A stretch of 64,000 bases of DNA. Origin: Selaginella moellendorffii. Its lineage: Eukaryota > Plantae > Lycopodiophyta. The notes under the pieces are model-generated. The model was not told the origin of the DNA. It searched no databases and saw nothing but the letters and a program-made list of their open reading frames with translations. Position numbers and translations under genes: made by a program. Of the stretch, positions 12,877 through 23,700 are shown one piece after another; the stretch's first letter is position 1; every line of letters starts with the position of its first letter. The DNA is taken from contig NW_003314371.1 of NCBI RefSeq assembly GCF_000143415.4, positions 327,380-391,379 on the forward strand, in the 5' to 3' direction.

Positions 12877-13305
12877 TTGAGCTCAAATTAGCTGATATCT
12901 TTAACTATAACTTTACCAGAGCTTGTAACTCCACAATGGATCGTTGCATTGTTTAATCTTTGCGAGGCCAGGAAGAGTACAGATACAAAATCAGGAGGGC
13001 TATGAGTGATGTTGTGGCGATACTCTGTCTACTTTGGCCGCCTTAGTGACATTATTAAGCTCCACCAGGTGTCTTGCATACGACCCCTGCTGTCTGAAAC
13101 AGAGTGTCAATCCCAGTGACTTTAATTAGATTATCTTGGTGCATTTCTTTCCTTAAACTAAGAATATTTTCAGGTGTTACAGGCATGCCGTCCCGCCTCA
13201 CAAGCCAAGTTCTGACTTCCAACGAGGTTGACAACTGTTTGTATTGCCGCTCATGAAAGCCCACCTATAAAACCAAGGGGGCAAATGCTGTCTATCAGAT
13301 AAGAA

Positions 13306-14871
13306 ATGGCTGTGGAGATCCTCTTCTTCTGCTGGTTCCTGATCGCAACCCATGTTGATCAGGCTGCGGCACAGCCCATACCAGGCATCTACTTCAACCC
13401 CGGGAGAACCACTGCAGGGAGCCAGCTCCAATCCAACATAGACTTCGTAGTCGGGTTCCTCGCGCAGAACACTCCTCCCAATGGCTACGCGACATGTCTC
13501 GGCTATGGCAAGACCCCGGACACCGTCTACGCGAACACGGGCTGCTACAACCGGCCGGATCAACAAAGCTGCACCGTTTGCATCAACATCGCCTACTCAA
13601 GGGCCCAAACCTCGGCTCCACTCACCATCGGTGCTACTGTGTGGCTCAATGAAACCGTGCACCAGTACGCATGCAGCCTGACCTTCGAAGTATACAACTT
13701 CACGGACTCGTTGCTCGCTTCGCGTAAGTGCTTCCAAAGCTCTAAAGTTGTGGTTTCTCTCAGCTTGCAAAGTTTGCCACTAGATATGCTCGGCATCTTG
13801 GGTCCCAATGCCTCGGCTCCAGCGCCTCTTACATCTTTCCGGTTCCCTGGATCCTCGAGACTGAACGTGGCTGCTTATTTTGCTGGAGGAGTCGCAGGGA
13901 TTTGCTTCGTATTTATATGCGGCGTAGTGTTTTTCGTCTTGAGATGGAGATGGAGGCCACGGGGAAAGGTCTCGGATTCGGAGAACTCTGTCTATAACAT
14001 GGGCAATCCAAGGCTGTTTACGTACAACGAGTTGTCCGTGGCCACGGATAGTTTCAGTGAGGAAAACCAGCTTGGTCAAGGTGGCTTTGGAGTTGTGTAC
14101 AAGGTAATCTCGTCCAAAGGTGTCCACTCCAGTTAGATTCATAAGTGTTAATTGCCAGGCCAATCTCAAGGATGGGACGCAAGTGGCAGTGAAGAAGCTC
14201 TCGCTCCACTCCAAGCAGGGAAAGCAAGAGTTTGTCAACGAGCTCAACATTATCACAGGGATTCGCCACCGGAATCTTGCCAAGCTCCACGGATATTGCG
14301 TCGAAGCCAATGAGAGGCTCTTGGTTTACGAGTTCCTGGAGAACGGCAATCTCGACAGTGCGCTCTTCCGTTAAGTGTTTGTCTCCACTTCTATTCTTGA
14401 AGTTAAAGATCTTATTTTTTTCCTCACAGAAAGTTCTTTGGCCTTGAATTGGCAATCTCGGTTCCAAATCACGCTCGGGATCGCTCGGGGACTTGCTTAC
14501 CTGCACGAGGAATCACACTTTCAGATAATCCACAGGGACATCAAGGCCAGCAACGTTCTCCTCGATGCCAAGTTACAGCCAAAGATATCGGACTTTGGCC
14601 TCTCCAAGCTCTTCGATCTGGATGGAGAGTATGGCGTCTCAAAAGTGGCTGGAACATTGTAAGTTCTCTTCTAGTGGATGATATGGTTGACAGACTTACG
14701 TCGTTTTGCAGCGGATATATGGCACCAGAGTATGCGGTTCACAGGAGATTGTCACCGAAAGCCGAACTGACTCACCGTCAGAAGCCAAGAGCATTAAGAC
14801 ACAGTCGCAAGTGTGTCAGGACTACAGAATATATGATCCTTATACGAGGAATTCCAATCCCTTTGCAGTAG
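13306..14871 (+). pseudogene. Second single-DUF26 CRK paralog with kinase truncated after subdomain VIII
   Basis: Signal peptide, [32 protein letters not shown] and GYMAPEY. Homology stops at ...LSPKA (~14763), with no DVFSFG or subdomain XI. Confidence 0.8.
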
Positions 14872-16372
14872 GAAGGAGGCCATGAGTTGATAGATAGTCT
14901 GAATTGTAGAACTTGCTCAGATGGCGTGAACCACTATCGCAAAGAATGGTGACGATGGTGTGGCCGGGACCAAGCAAGCGAGCAACCCGCACAGCGCCTA
15001 CGCAGTTCATCGCCGAGGAGCTGCCGACGAAGATTCCATCCTCTCTCAATAAGAACCTGTTGCAGGAAAGGCAACCAAGCTCAAAAAGGAAGGCCAAAGA
15101 ATACAAAACTGACCTCGACATCTCTACGGCTTCCTTGTCAGTGCCTCGGATGGCTCCATCAAGTTTAGCCAAAAGGAAATTTTTCGTCAGACGGTTGATG
15201 CCAATTCCCTCCGTTATGGTATCGAATGGATTTTTGAGTCTCTTTCCTTCTGCTTCTTCTCTAGCATACAGGACACCTCTTGAAACCCTGTTATAAAGTC
15301 CAGAACCAGGCGGGTCTATCAAGTAACACTTGACTTCTGGCCTTTGATCCTGCAAGAAGGAAAAAGATCTCTTTGACAAATGCAGCTGGGAAATTACCTT
15401 GAGATAGCATGTAATGCCCGCGATTGTGCCACCGGTGCCAGATGCCGCTACAAAAGCATCAACTTTGCCTCCAGTTTGCTTCCATATTTCTGGCCCCGTT
15501 CCTTGGTAATGAGCCCGAAAGTTTGCCAGGTTCTCAAACTGGTCAGCAAAATATCCCCCTTGCGCTTCATCTTTGCTGTCGACGATATGTGTACCATTTT
15601 TCGTTGGATTCTTGTCATTTTTATCGAAGGGGCAAACGATCATTCGCTCTTTGTACTTTGCTTCAGCTTCCTGTGCTCTTCGTCGTGCAATGTTTACGAA
15701 GTGGTCCTTATGCGTTATGGAAACCGGTCGAACTCTCTCCACAGTGGCACCTAGCGCTTCCAGAAGTTGAGCCTACAACGAATGCGTTTTGAGTCATACA
15801 AGTGAGAAAGAATTCCAAAACCAACCTTTTCGATTGCTGCATCATCTGGAATCACTACATGGCACTTGCAACCACACGCCACGGCAACCATAGCCAGGCT
15901 AATGGCAGTGCTTCCAGCGCTTCCTTCGGTGACCACACCTCCAGGACGTAGCTTTCCGGATTGCAAAGCCTGCAAACACGAGAAAAACGAAAGAAGCAAA
16001 GTGACAAAGTAGAGAAAAAAATACAAACAGACCTCTTTGATGATTTTCACAGCTACTCGATCTTTGATACTTCCTCCAGGATTTAGAAACTCCGCTTTGG
16101 CATAAACCTGGCAAGAAACACTGAGCGCTGCTCAAGATCCGTAGAAAACAACTCACCTCGCAGCCTGTTGCCTCGGACAAACTCCGAATTTTCACCAGCG
16201 GCGTGTTGCCGACAGCTCCCAGAATCCCGTGCGCGTGTTGCCGATCGCAATGCGCCGCGCTCCACACGATCTGAGAGCTGCGACGCCGCCGCCGACTGGA
16301 GTGCACAATCGCGATGGCGCCAATGACGAGAGCTCCTCCGGAGATCACCACCGCGATCGCGAGCTTCCTCAT
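14840..16372 (-). CDS. PLP-dependent cysteine synthase-like protein (cysteine synthase 2/MCY1 type) with N-terminal hydrophobic anchor
   Basis: GNTPLVKI, PLP-Lys motif NPGGSIKDR, TEGSAGSTAISLA, GTGGT, EGIG and VTILCDSGSRHLSKF. Confidence 0.92.
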
Positions 16373-16440
16373 ACTGACCTAAAACATTTGGTGGAATTTA
16401 ACGGGCAAATGTACAAAGATCGCAATAAAGAGAATTTAAT

Positions 16441-18895
16441 CTATCCCAGGTATTGGACGGCCTGGATTTCTTGGTTCCGTCGCTCTTGCCTGAGGCGCTT
16501 GGAATACGATGGAAGATGTAATCTCTTCGTTCTCGTGGCTTGTTTCATAGTCTCGAAAGTCGGCATGCTGTCAAATCCTCCAGGAGGAGCCATGGATTTT
16601 CTGGAAAGATCACTCGAGCAATATAAGTTCTTGACCACTCTGGATTGAAAAGCTTACCTCGCAAGGACTGGGAGCTTGAGCGGATCCTCGGGCTTTGGTA
16701 TTTGTTCTCCTCCTTCACCACCAGCAGCAGTGGCATCAGGAGCTCCAGGAGCTCCAGGAGCCTGTTGAAGATATGCCGAGAGAGATGAGTACGTTATAGA
16801 TTGGAACGCTCCGTTACCTGAGGAACGATTTCGGCGGGAGGAGCAACGACGGACTTCTTCGGGGACAGAGTAACAGATTTTCTGGGAGCAGCGGCAGCGG
16901 CAGCAGCAGCATCGATTGTCGGAGCGGGGACAACCGGTGGTAAAGTCACTACAGTCGTCTGATCCTCGGGAGATTTTTCATCTCTGGGTAGCTGTTCCGG
17001 TGTTGGCTTCGTCACTGCTGGTTTCAGGATTGGCAGAGTCCTTGTGGCGATGCCGGGAGGATCAGCAGGCATGAAACTCTTGAATGTCATTTCTCGTTTA
17101 GTGTTTTCTTCCTCAGATAGCTGCTCCAAGTAACTAGAGATTAAGAAAATACTGTCAGAAATGAAACCAGATAAACGACTTTGGTACCTCAAACACAGCA
17201 TTTCTCTTGGTGGAACAAGCGGACTTCCTTGCTTCACTAAAGGATCACCAGTGATGACATTGACCAGGTGATACTGATCCTCCACTCTGCGTTGCAAATT
17301 AAGTACATCCTAGCGCTGCTTAGAAAGATACCACTTACTCTTTCATTTGCCTTTTGCCAGTCCGACCCGTCTCCTCCAAAAGGACTTGCAAGCCCTGACC
17401 CAAGTTGCCGTATACGCCTTCCCACTGATCTTGGCCATTTCTCTTTGCCACGATCTTTTCAAGCCTGCTTGGACAGCTTACATTACAGAGACCATAGAAA
17501 AGATAGTCATACCCGCTGGGCCATCTCAGGCACTTCGCAAATCTCAAAAATCTGCAGAGGTAACAGAATAGCTCAGCAGAGTTATAATCAGAGGAAAGTA
17601 TACATACGGCACACATCCTTCTCCCTCCTTATCCGCATAAGGAATCAATCTTCGAAACTCTTCGTCCGTGTAGTATACACCAAACTGCTCTAAACTAGTA
17701 CGCAAGTCCTCGTAACTAACCTGCAGAGACGAAACAATGAAACTAGTTCTAGGAAAGAAACTAAGTAAAAGAAAACACCCATGTAATGCTAGTTATATCA
17801 CTGACCCTATCTGTACTGTTTGGATCAAAATGTTTGCACGCATCTGGAAGCTGGCCTGACTTCCAATACAACTGCACAATCGAAAACAAGGATTTAGAAA
17901 AAAGAAGAATGTAAGAAGAGTTCGAATGCAAGACGTACTTTCTCCATCAATCTGTCGATTACAGGCTCTCCTCCGGATTGCCATAACCGTTTTCGAGGAG
18001 CTATCATTTTCCTCTTGAGCCTCTTGAACTCTGGAGCGTTTGTTTGTAAGTAAATAGTCATAATGTAAACTTTCTAAAGGAAACTTACTTTGTTCGGCTG
18101 TCTCCTCAGGCTCAGTGGGATATAGCGGTTCCAATGGATTCGATCTGGGATTTCTGTCGAATCCAAATCTCTTCTTCCCGATATTGATGTCGAAAAGCTC
18201 AAGCCCCGTGCCAACCTTGCACCGAAATCGTCTATGAACACAAAGAATTCAGTCAGTAAACAAACACGCAGAATAAACTTAAGCAGCTCACTCGCGAGTC
18301 CATTTTGCAGGATGAGACTTCTTATCAAACAATATGTCCTCGAGACGAACACGCACGGGGCCTTTGAAAAGAATCCTTGGTTTAGCACCAACAATGTCGC
18401 TCACATCCAGGAGATCGGTTACTCTGTTGGAAAATATCTGGAGAAACCACCACAGCCGAACGTAAGGAATAATCTAAGCAGAGGAGAAAAGCACCTGATC
18501 ACCAGCTGGGAGGAGATTTGGACCCTCAGGAATTACGTAATCTGGATCCAAAGGATTGACGCAGCGATCAGTAATAAGTCGCCTCGATGGTCGCTTCTTC
18601 CTGTAAAGATCTTGCGGCAGCCATGTATCTGGAAACATTTTGCTGGCGTCCTGCATTCCAAAACCTGTGCTTCGTGAGTTTGGTGGATGAAATTTTCAAT
18701 CGAAGTCTAAGAAGAAGATCTAGGAAATAATTTTTTCTTTCTTACTTCTGGATGTAGATACGTCCTGATGGTGGGAGCAAATCTAGCTCCTTCGATGTCG
18801 TCCGTGGTGAGCGAACGAGGGATGCCCTTGGGCACCATGCACCGGTGGACATCCCCATGGTTGGCGTAGGGCGCCCAATCGATCGTCTCCGCCAT
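16441..18895 (-). CDS. Multi-exon hypothetical protein with an EF-hand pair and DIEGA/NPLDPxY motifs
   Basis: Spliced reading FDPNSTDR|VSYEDLRTSLEQFGVYYTDEEFRRLIPYADKEGEGCVP (two EF-hand loops). N-terminal SLTTDDIEGA and VNPLDPDY; C-terminus ERRNQEIQAVQYLG*. Confidence 0.7.
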
Positions 18896-19275
18896 CGCGC
18901 GCCTCCCTCTTCTTCTTCCTCTCCCCTTTTCTCACCTGTGTCTCCAAAATCCCCTCATCTTACTCGAGCTGTGAAGCTCCAGACCGCCCCAGGAATCTCC
19001 TCCCAACGCCAGGAATCAAGGCGAGGTGCTGCTGATCGCATTGTGCTCGCAAATTACCTCCGCATCATCCAAGATCTCGAGGGATCGGGCGCGCTCCCTC
19101 CACTGCTCTCTTGCTGTTCATTCCTCCAAGAGGTGCGCGGCCACGCTGCTGACGCGGCTAGGGTTTTGCAGCCACTACAAGTGTACGGCCAGAAATGGGC
19201 GGGAGAAAATTTTCAAAAGCTTCAAAGCCCTAAGAACTAAACTGGTAATTAGGGCTAGGGCTTATGTTCTACCCT

Positions 19276-19317
19276 ATCCCACATGCCCTGGCGCACGTGA
19301 AGAGGGCCAAGATATAA
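19276..19317 (+). promoter_or_regulatory. Plant snRNA-type promoter: USE (ATCCCACATGC) plus TATA-like GATATAA with Pol III spacing
   Basis: USE at 19276-19286 matches RTCCCACATCG, with TATA ~25 bp downstream. A G-box CACGTG lies between them. Confidence 0.85.
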
Positions 19318-19340
19318 CAAGCTCCATGAACAAAGCTTTC

Positions 19341-19557
19341 ACGACTGTACTTGAACAGGATCTGTTCTCTAGGTCGTACTTCAGTCCATACCCAGAGGTA
19401 TAGACAAACCGATATGCCCGGACGATGAGTCCGAGAGCCCACCGGCTTGAGCGCGACCGTACGGGTGCTTGGTGCTATTGTGCCATGCGGCCCATAGATG
19501 ACCGTTCACTCCGAGCTTGCTCGGTTGTGAAGGCCGGGCGGGCAGTCTGACGGGTCC
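19341..19557 (+). ncRNA. U3: U3 small nucleolar RNA
   Basis: 5' ACGACTGTACTTGAACAGGATCTGTTCTCTAGG matches plant U3 boxes A'/A. Also box C' GACGATGA, box B GAGCGCGA, box C AGATGA, box D GTCTGA and a terminal stem GCCCG/CGGGT; ~217 nt. Confidence 0.93.
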
Positions 19558-19562
19558 AAAAC

Positions 19563-19570
19563 TTTCTTTT
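19563..19570 (+). terminator. Oligo-T Pol III terminator of U3
   Basis: TTTCTTTT immediately after the terminal stem. Confidence 0.65.
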
Positions 19571-19651
19571 ACCTTTAGATAATGACCTTTTCAGATATAA
19601 CATGACGTAACTTCTTACAGATACATTACATCGTCTAACATTGATTTCTCG

Positions 19652-20527
19652 CTATAAGGTATAGCTATTCTCGCTTGGAACACCAAACGTTATTCTGTTG
19701 GCGAGCTTTCTCAAGTTGGTCATCTTATATTTTTCCTTGGTCTTGCGAAGCCTCCTCCCGCCGCGTTTCTTCTTTGATTCTCCAACCCGGGGAACTGGCA
19801 AGGGCGTGGCGGACTTTAGAAGTGGCCGCTCTTGCCACTTGTTGATCGTCTTAAGTATCTCCTCGCGTAGAGCTCTCCCAATCTCGCCACCTTTAGTGCT
19901 GTTGATCGTCGTGGTAGCATCCACACGAGCTGCTAATGCTGCCTTTGAGCAAACGAGGCGACACGCCCTGTTTCGAAGCGGCGGTGGCGTGGACTGTACA
20001 ATCTCACACTCGAAAACATGCCCCATCCCATTGTTCTTCACCGTCGCTGATGAGAATCCTAATAGATCGTCGATCTCCTCCCTGCCTAGAAGCTTTACGT
20101 TGCATGCCGGCATGCTAGCCAGCGACACGAGCCCGCCAGCTTCTTCGATGAGCTTTGCGGTTATGGAGCTCCCCAGAATGGCTGACAAGTTTGGAGCGGC
20201 AGAGCTCGTCTCGCTCTCCAAGAACCCTAAAACCTCCTTTCTTGTCTCCGTGAGCTCGATAATCCTATCGCATGCATCTAACACGCGCTGCAAATCAGAG
20301 TCCTCCAGTGTTGGCATGTCCATTGTCGAGAAGAGCATCGAAATCGCCAGCGCTGTTGGAGCTGGAAGATCTTCCAGACTAACTTCACTAAGATCCATCT
20401 TGTTCCCAATCTTTTTCACTAGCCGCGCATAATCTAATGGATCCCTCACCATTAACTCTAGTTCTTTGAACCTCCTCCCGTACATAGTTTTCACGAAATC
20501 ATACAAGCTTTCAATCTCCTTCTCCAT
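19652..20527 (-). CDS. Divergent, N- and C-truncated PRP31-like Nop-domain protein, intronless
   Basis: RFKELE, APNLSAILGSSITAKL...MPACNVKLLG, AALAARVD and the PRP31-specific KKKRGGRRLRKTKEKY...LRKLANRITFG; about 290 aa from ATG 20527. Confidence 0.85.
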   Translation of the reverse strand: MEKEIESLYDFVKTMYGRRFKELELMVRDPLDYARLVKKIGNKMDLSEVSLEDLPAPTALAISMLFSTMDMPTLEDSDLQRVLDACDRIIELTETRKEVLGFLESETSSAAPNLSAILGSSITAKLIEEAGGLVSLASMPACNVKLLGREEIDDLLGFSSATVKNNGMGHVFECEIVQSTPPPLRNRACRLVCSKAALAARVDATTTINSTKGGEIGRALREEILKTINKWQERPLLKSATPLPVPRVGESKKKRGGRRLRKTKEKYKMTNLRKLANRITFGVPSENSYTL

Positions 20528-20710
20528 TCTGATTTGCCCTAAGTCCAATCCTTCAATTTATAGTACTACTACAAAAGGTATACAAAACTAATTACAATCC
20601 TTTATTTTCCTGTATTGTTTAATGAAAACCCCTAAAACCCTCGCATAGCTGCCACGTCATACGAAGATGGAGTGGCATTCCAGTTTCTAGGTTGAGGAGG
20701 AGCGGCCGCG

Positions 20711-23700
20711 ATGGATCAGCGCCCCGCCAGTACGTCTTTCTCTCCCTTTCTCGCGTCGCAGCTCTTCCTCCTCTCGATCGAGCGCCATTTCCGAGCTGAT
20801 CGCCAGGAGGATGAGAAATGCCAGATCTTTCTTCTTTTTTCGTTTCCTCTTCGCGATCGAAGCTAACGTCGTTCTTCTCCAGCGGTGCCGGCGTCATCGC
20901 TCTCGGAGATACGCTTTGGATTGCTGTCCCCGGCGGATATTGTGAGTTTCAAGCGCTTTGTTTTTTTTTTTTCTCCCTCTGACTCTTCCTCTCCTCGTTG
21001 TGTTCCAGGTCAGTCTCTCCGTTCGCTCTATCAGCAAGCCTGCCGATGTTAGCGATCCCTGCCTCGGACTTCCTTGCATTCGTGGGAGCAAGTGTTTATC
21101 GTGTGGAGCCAATGAGCCAAAGGAATGCCCGGGTAGGCATTCTTTTCATGTTTTCTTTTCTCTGTTCCTTCTTTGTCTAACTGGATCCTTCTTCCAGGCC
21201 ATTTTGGTCGCTTGGAGCTCTTAACCCCGGTCTACCACCCAGAGCATTTGCGAAAGCTTTGCAAGGTTCTGGGGATGGTTTGCTTGAAATGTGGCAAACC
21301 GAGGAAAAAGCCTGGGAGGAAAGAGGAAGAAGTGGACGTAAAGGAAGAGAAAGACGAAGAGGATGAAGCGAAGCAACAAGAACAGACGGCAGCTGAGAAG
21401 GGAAAAGCTATAGTGAAACATAGCTCGTGTCCCGCTGAAGAAAAGCAACAAGAACAGACGGCAGCTGAGAAGGGAAAAGCCATAGTGAAACATAGCTCGT
21501 GTCCCGCGGGGATCAACGATCCGACTATTTCCTACTTCACCATATCCGATAGCGAGGACGAAGGGCTTTTCATTGTGGACATAATGGCTGAAGATGCCAA
21601 AAAGGTACTTTCAACTGACCTGCATTCCTTGTTCACTGTAACGTAACATCTTTACAGGCCCGCTGCGAGTTTTGTGATGGAAGCTACAAATATCCCAACG
21701 TTAGAGTCCTTTCAATGAAGTTCCAGAAGTATCGGATTGAAGGAATTCGTTTGGAGTGTCCAGGCACAAAACCTCCTCCGAATGGGTACTGGAACTTTCT
21801 CGGAGGAGCTTTGAAGGGACGTCGGAAAGTGAAACTGACTCCCATTCAGGCAAGTTTGCTGTGATTATTTCTAGTCGTTTATGTTACTGTTATTAACTGT
21901 GGAAACTCTAGGCACTATCAATCCTGAAAAAGGTCCCAGCGAGGGTCTTACCCGGCGTAGATGTTGAGGCGTTCGTGCTGGAAAAGCTTCCAGTTCCTCC
22001 AAACTGCATGCAGTCTTTACTAGACGTGAGTAGTTCCTCTATTCGTCTTTCTTGTGTTTGCAATTAACAAAGCAACAGCCGAGGACTGGAAACGTCTCAT
22101 TTTCAAGCAGTGGAGCGATTCAGACACTGCGGAAGCTCGTGATGGAGAATGCAAAGTTCGTTGACAGCTCGCCGAAAGCTTTGAAGACAAAATGGAAGAC
22201 CCTGCAACACCTCATCTCGCAGTATCTGCGCCTGAAAGGCTGCCCAAAGGTATTCTTCTTGTGTATTTTATCCGTTGACACTATTCGCTGATAAACTTTG
22301 ATCTTTACAGATACGTAATAATCTCGAGCCTTCGACGAGGCCAGGAGTGACTGTGAAATGCGCCGAAATCTGGAAGAATAACGTGACTGACACTATCTTG
22401 TCGAAGATGACACAGTACTGTGCCATTGCGCTGCTCACTGGCGACGCTTACCTTGGTGTAGAGGAGATTCTCATCCCGGATGAGATATCTAGGCAGGTGA
22501 CGCTGCCAGAACGAGTGACATCCTTCAACGCTGACAAGCTTCAAGCAATTGTCAACGACTTACAGGTATGCTTAGCATGTTTGTATTGTTTTGGATTCGA
22601 TTTTCGTGAGTACCAGGTCGGTTTCATCGAGCAAAACGGCGTCACTTGTGACCTGCGAGGCCAGTCCGCTGAGAGAAGGCAGTTGGAGATTGGAGCTGTC
22701 GTTCATCGCCCTGTGCGGGATGGGGATCTTGTTTTCGTGAGCCGGCACCCGGCGGTTTACAAACACTCAGTCATAGCGCTTACTGCAAGGATCCATCCCG
22801 GGAAGTCTTTCAGAATCAACCCTTTGGTGTGCTCTCCTCTCAAAGGAGACTTTGATGGAGACCGGCTGCACGTTTACTTCCCGCAGGCCGAGGACGCAAG
22901 AGTGGAGACGAGAGAACTGATGGGACTGAAGCAACAGTTTCAGGCGTTATCAAGCGGAAATCCGGTGATAAGTTTGACGCAAGACATGCTAGTTGCAGCG
23001 TACATGCTGGTTTCGAGGCACAGTTTCTTTACAGCTCCACAAATACAGCAGCTGGGTCTTCACGCTGATCGGTGGTCGCTACCAGATCCAGCGATTGTCA
23101 AGCCACGGGCGCTGTGGACAGGTTTCCAGGCATTTGGACTGTTACTGCCTTCGGAGTTGGCATTCTCCACGAGGACGGGAGTCTTGATTTCCGACGGGGA
23201 GCTTGTTACTGCCGGTGACGATGGTAGCTGGCTGGGAGGGGGGACCGACTCTTTGTTACGTGCTATCCACGAGAAGTTTGGCGTTGCAGAAGCAATCGCG
23301 TACCTTGATTCCTGTTGCTCGATGTTGAAAGAGTTCCTACATATCGAAGGCTTCAGCATTGGCTTGGGAGACTTCAGCGTCAGCGACAGGCAGAGAGAAG
23401 CGATTTCGGAGCTTCTGGCGTATGCTAAAGAAAATTACGTGGAGGAGCAGGACTTCAGGGACGTTGAGCGGTGCCTAGAAGTTAAGATAAAGAACGAGAC
23501 GACGAAAGAGAACAGACTGCATATGATGATGAAAGCAGGCAGCAAAGGGTCCGCGTCTTCGGCGAGAATTCACGTCGCCTGTTTAGGCGTCCAGGTTGTT
23601 CACGGTCGCTCGGAATTCATCGACAAGTCGTTTTGGAGTGGATTAGACCCGTCAGAGTTTTGGCAACACAGCGTGTGTACCCGAGCTACACTCTTGAAGT

